Below, piece by piece: positions 62,113 to 64,000 of a stretch of DNA of 64,000 nt. This DNA is from Lytechinus pictus. Taxonomy: Eukaryota. The stretch is taken from positions 16,432,001-16,496,000 of the forward strand of contig NC_087250.1 of the NCBI RefSeq assembly GCF_037042905.1, given 5' to 3'. The notes under the pieces are model-generated. The model made no database searches, was not told the origin of the DNA, and saw nothing but the letters and a program-made list of their open reading frames with translations. Position 1 is the stretch's first letter. Each line of letters opens with the position of its first letter. A program made the position numbers and the translations under genes.

Positions 62113-64000
62113 ATTTTTTAAAAAAGATGTTTTTATTGTTTTTCTCTCAAATCAAATTTCATATACAAAGCAGTTTACAAAGTAACAATTGTAAATAATA
62201 ATTCGAACAAATCTCTTGAACTCGTATACATTATGCACATCATGAAATAATATTCTAAGACACTGCATCGTACCACTACCAGATGAGTTTAACAAACACA
62301 TATCAGAGAAAAAAACTTATAAAAGTATATGTGTTGTACCTGCCCCCTCCTTACCCACCCCACCCCATCCCCTTCCCTCCGCAAACCCCTACACTTCACA
62401 CCCTCAAACACTCACACACTTCATACGCCCTTACATACGGTGCCCGCGTCCCGTTTGAAACAAGAAAAACACCATAATGAACGAACATAATCTCGTGAGC
62501 TCTGTCGCCTCTATACTCTTGTAGGTGATGCTGTAAGGAAATGTTCTCATTTCCTTATATGGTTTGATAATTTACCCCGCGTTACTGCTAAAATTTTCTC
62601 TTCACGTTCATTTTCTAATATCTTCTTTCTAATTTCGTTGGGACTTGGTGGTCTTTGTTTAGTCCTGCTGTAAACAAAAATCAGATATTTTATTAAAAGA
62701 ATAATGTGATTAATTATCTGTTCCTTCCCTATATTAGCATGCTTAACACCAATGTGTATATCCACCCAACTGGCATTTTTTATTTCATACATATTGAATA
62801 AGTTACCACAATCTATCCATACGTCTCTCGTCTTTTCACATGAAAAAACAGATGCTCGTAAGTTTCTTCAGTATTCCCACAAAATGAACATTCACTATCT
62901 GAGAAAATTTGGAATAAATGTAAATATTTCTTCGTGTATATTAAGTCATAAAGCATTTAAATTGAAACTCTCTAAGCCTACTGCTTAGAGTACATTTTCT
63001 GGGTCTTGAAAATATAGCACAGATATCTTTTTCGGATAAATTATATGTCTTCTCTACATTATTAAACGCATACGATTTTTCCAATTTAATACTTAAAAGT
63101 GCTTTGTTTTTTTTCTTGGATGTCACGTTTGGTAAACTGTTAATCTTACCATTAAATATGGATTTAGACCAGTGTCTTCACAATTCTCTTCTTTCTTCAA
63201 AAGGTGTTTCCATGTTACTGGAATATTTTCAAAAACTTTATAAACTCTATCTATTTCATTTCCATCTAACCCCATTCTCAGAAAGTCTCTAGGAGATTTG
63301 ATGTTACCTTCCTTGTCAACAATATGATGCAATTTATATATATTTTTAAGAAATAAGTTTTCATCAAATAGCATTTGCCCGTTTAGTCGAATAAGTTTAT
63401 TGTTAAAAAATATCTTATTTCTTTTAGATGTTTCTTTTTTAAGGAGTACTTCTTTGGTAGCGGCCCAAATTTCCAACATATCCATATAATATTTTGGTAA
63501 TGATATTTTACAAATATTCAGTGAAGTATTAGTGAATAATAACAACAGTCCTCCTACATCACGGGTTCCAAATATAAAACACGTTTCCATCCTATTCTGA
63601 AATCTCCTGTCAAAAGCCTTTTCAGCCACATGACTCTTTGTGCATATACAAATAAATGAAAATCAATCATTTTAAGTCCTCCCCTTACGTACTCCACAGA
63701 CATCACGTTTCTTTTGACCTTATCTTTACCATTCCATAAGAAATCAAACATTAACTTGTCGATCTCCTCAAATACCCATATTGGTACTGGTAAAAGTGAA
63801 GACACATAATTTATTTTAGAAAGTGCAAATGTTTTCAAAAGTTGTATCTTGCCCATCAGGGTGAGATCTCTTTGCTTCGACCATATTAATAATTTTTTTA
63901 TTTTACTTAAAATCTCTTTGTAATTAACATTTTCCTGAATTTCTACATCTAATGAAAAAGTTATTCCCAATATTTTAATAGCTTCAACTAATTTACCAAA
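62113..64000 (-). mobile_element. Decayed L1/Tx1-type LINE 3' portion, running off the window
   Basis: QRDLTLMGKIQLLKTFALSK, GGLKMID, LREFQFK; A-rich tail with AATAAA. Confidence 0.88.

Overview
Eukaryotic, AT-rich, repeat-dominated DNA. The element types suggest a marine invertebrate, probably a sea urchin (inference). There is one clear host gene: a 3-exon histamine N-methyltransferase-like SAM-dependent methyltransferase (24990-28747, +, 302 aa, all splice phases consistent). Almost everything else is mobile DNA: one apparently intact two-ORF CR1/L2-group LINE (39738-44424, -), several decayed CR1/L2 and L1/Tx1 LINE pieces, a lone ORF1-type gene (35499-36383), tRNA-derived SINEs and many non-autonomous DNA transposons (Tc1-like, hAT-like, Kolobok-like, piggyBac-like, Helentron-like). 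The most notable structures are (i) a Transib-type element with exact RSS heptamer ends (CACAGTG), a 5-bp TSD and a 12-bp-spaced nonamer-like motif, lying in a six-level nest at 1-8957, and (ii) large foldback elements with TGTTACA termini and tandem-repeat outer domains. No CRISPR array, rRNA or functional tRNA gene was seen. All family assignments come from motif reading by eye, not database searches.
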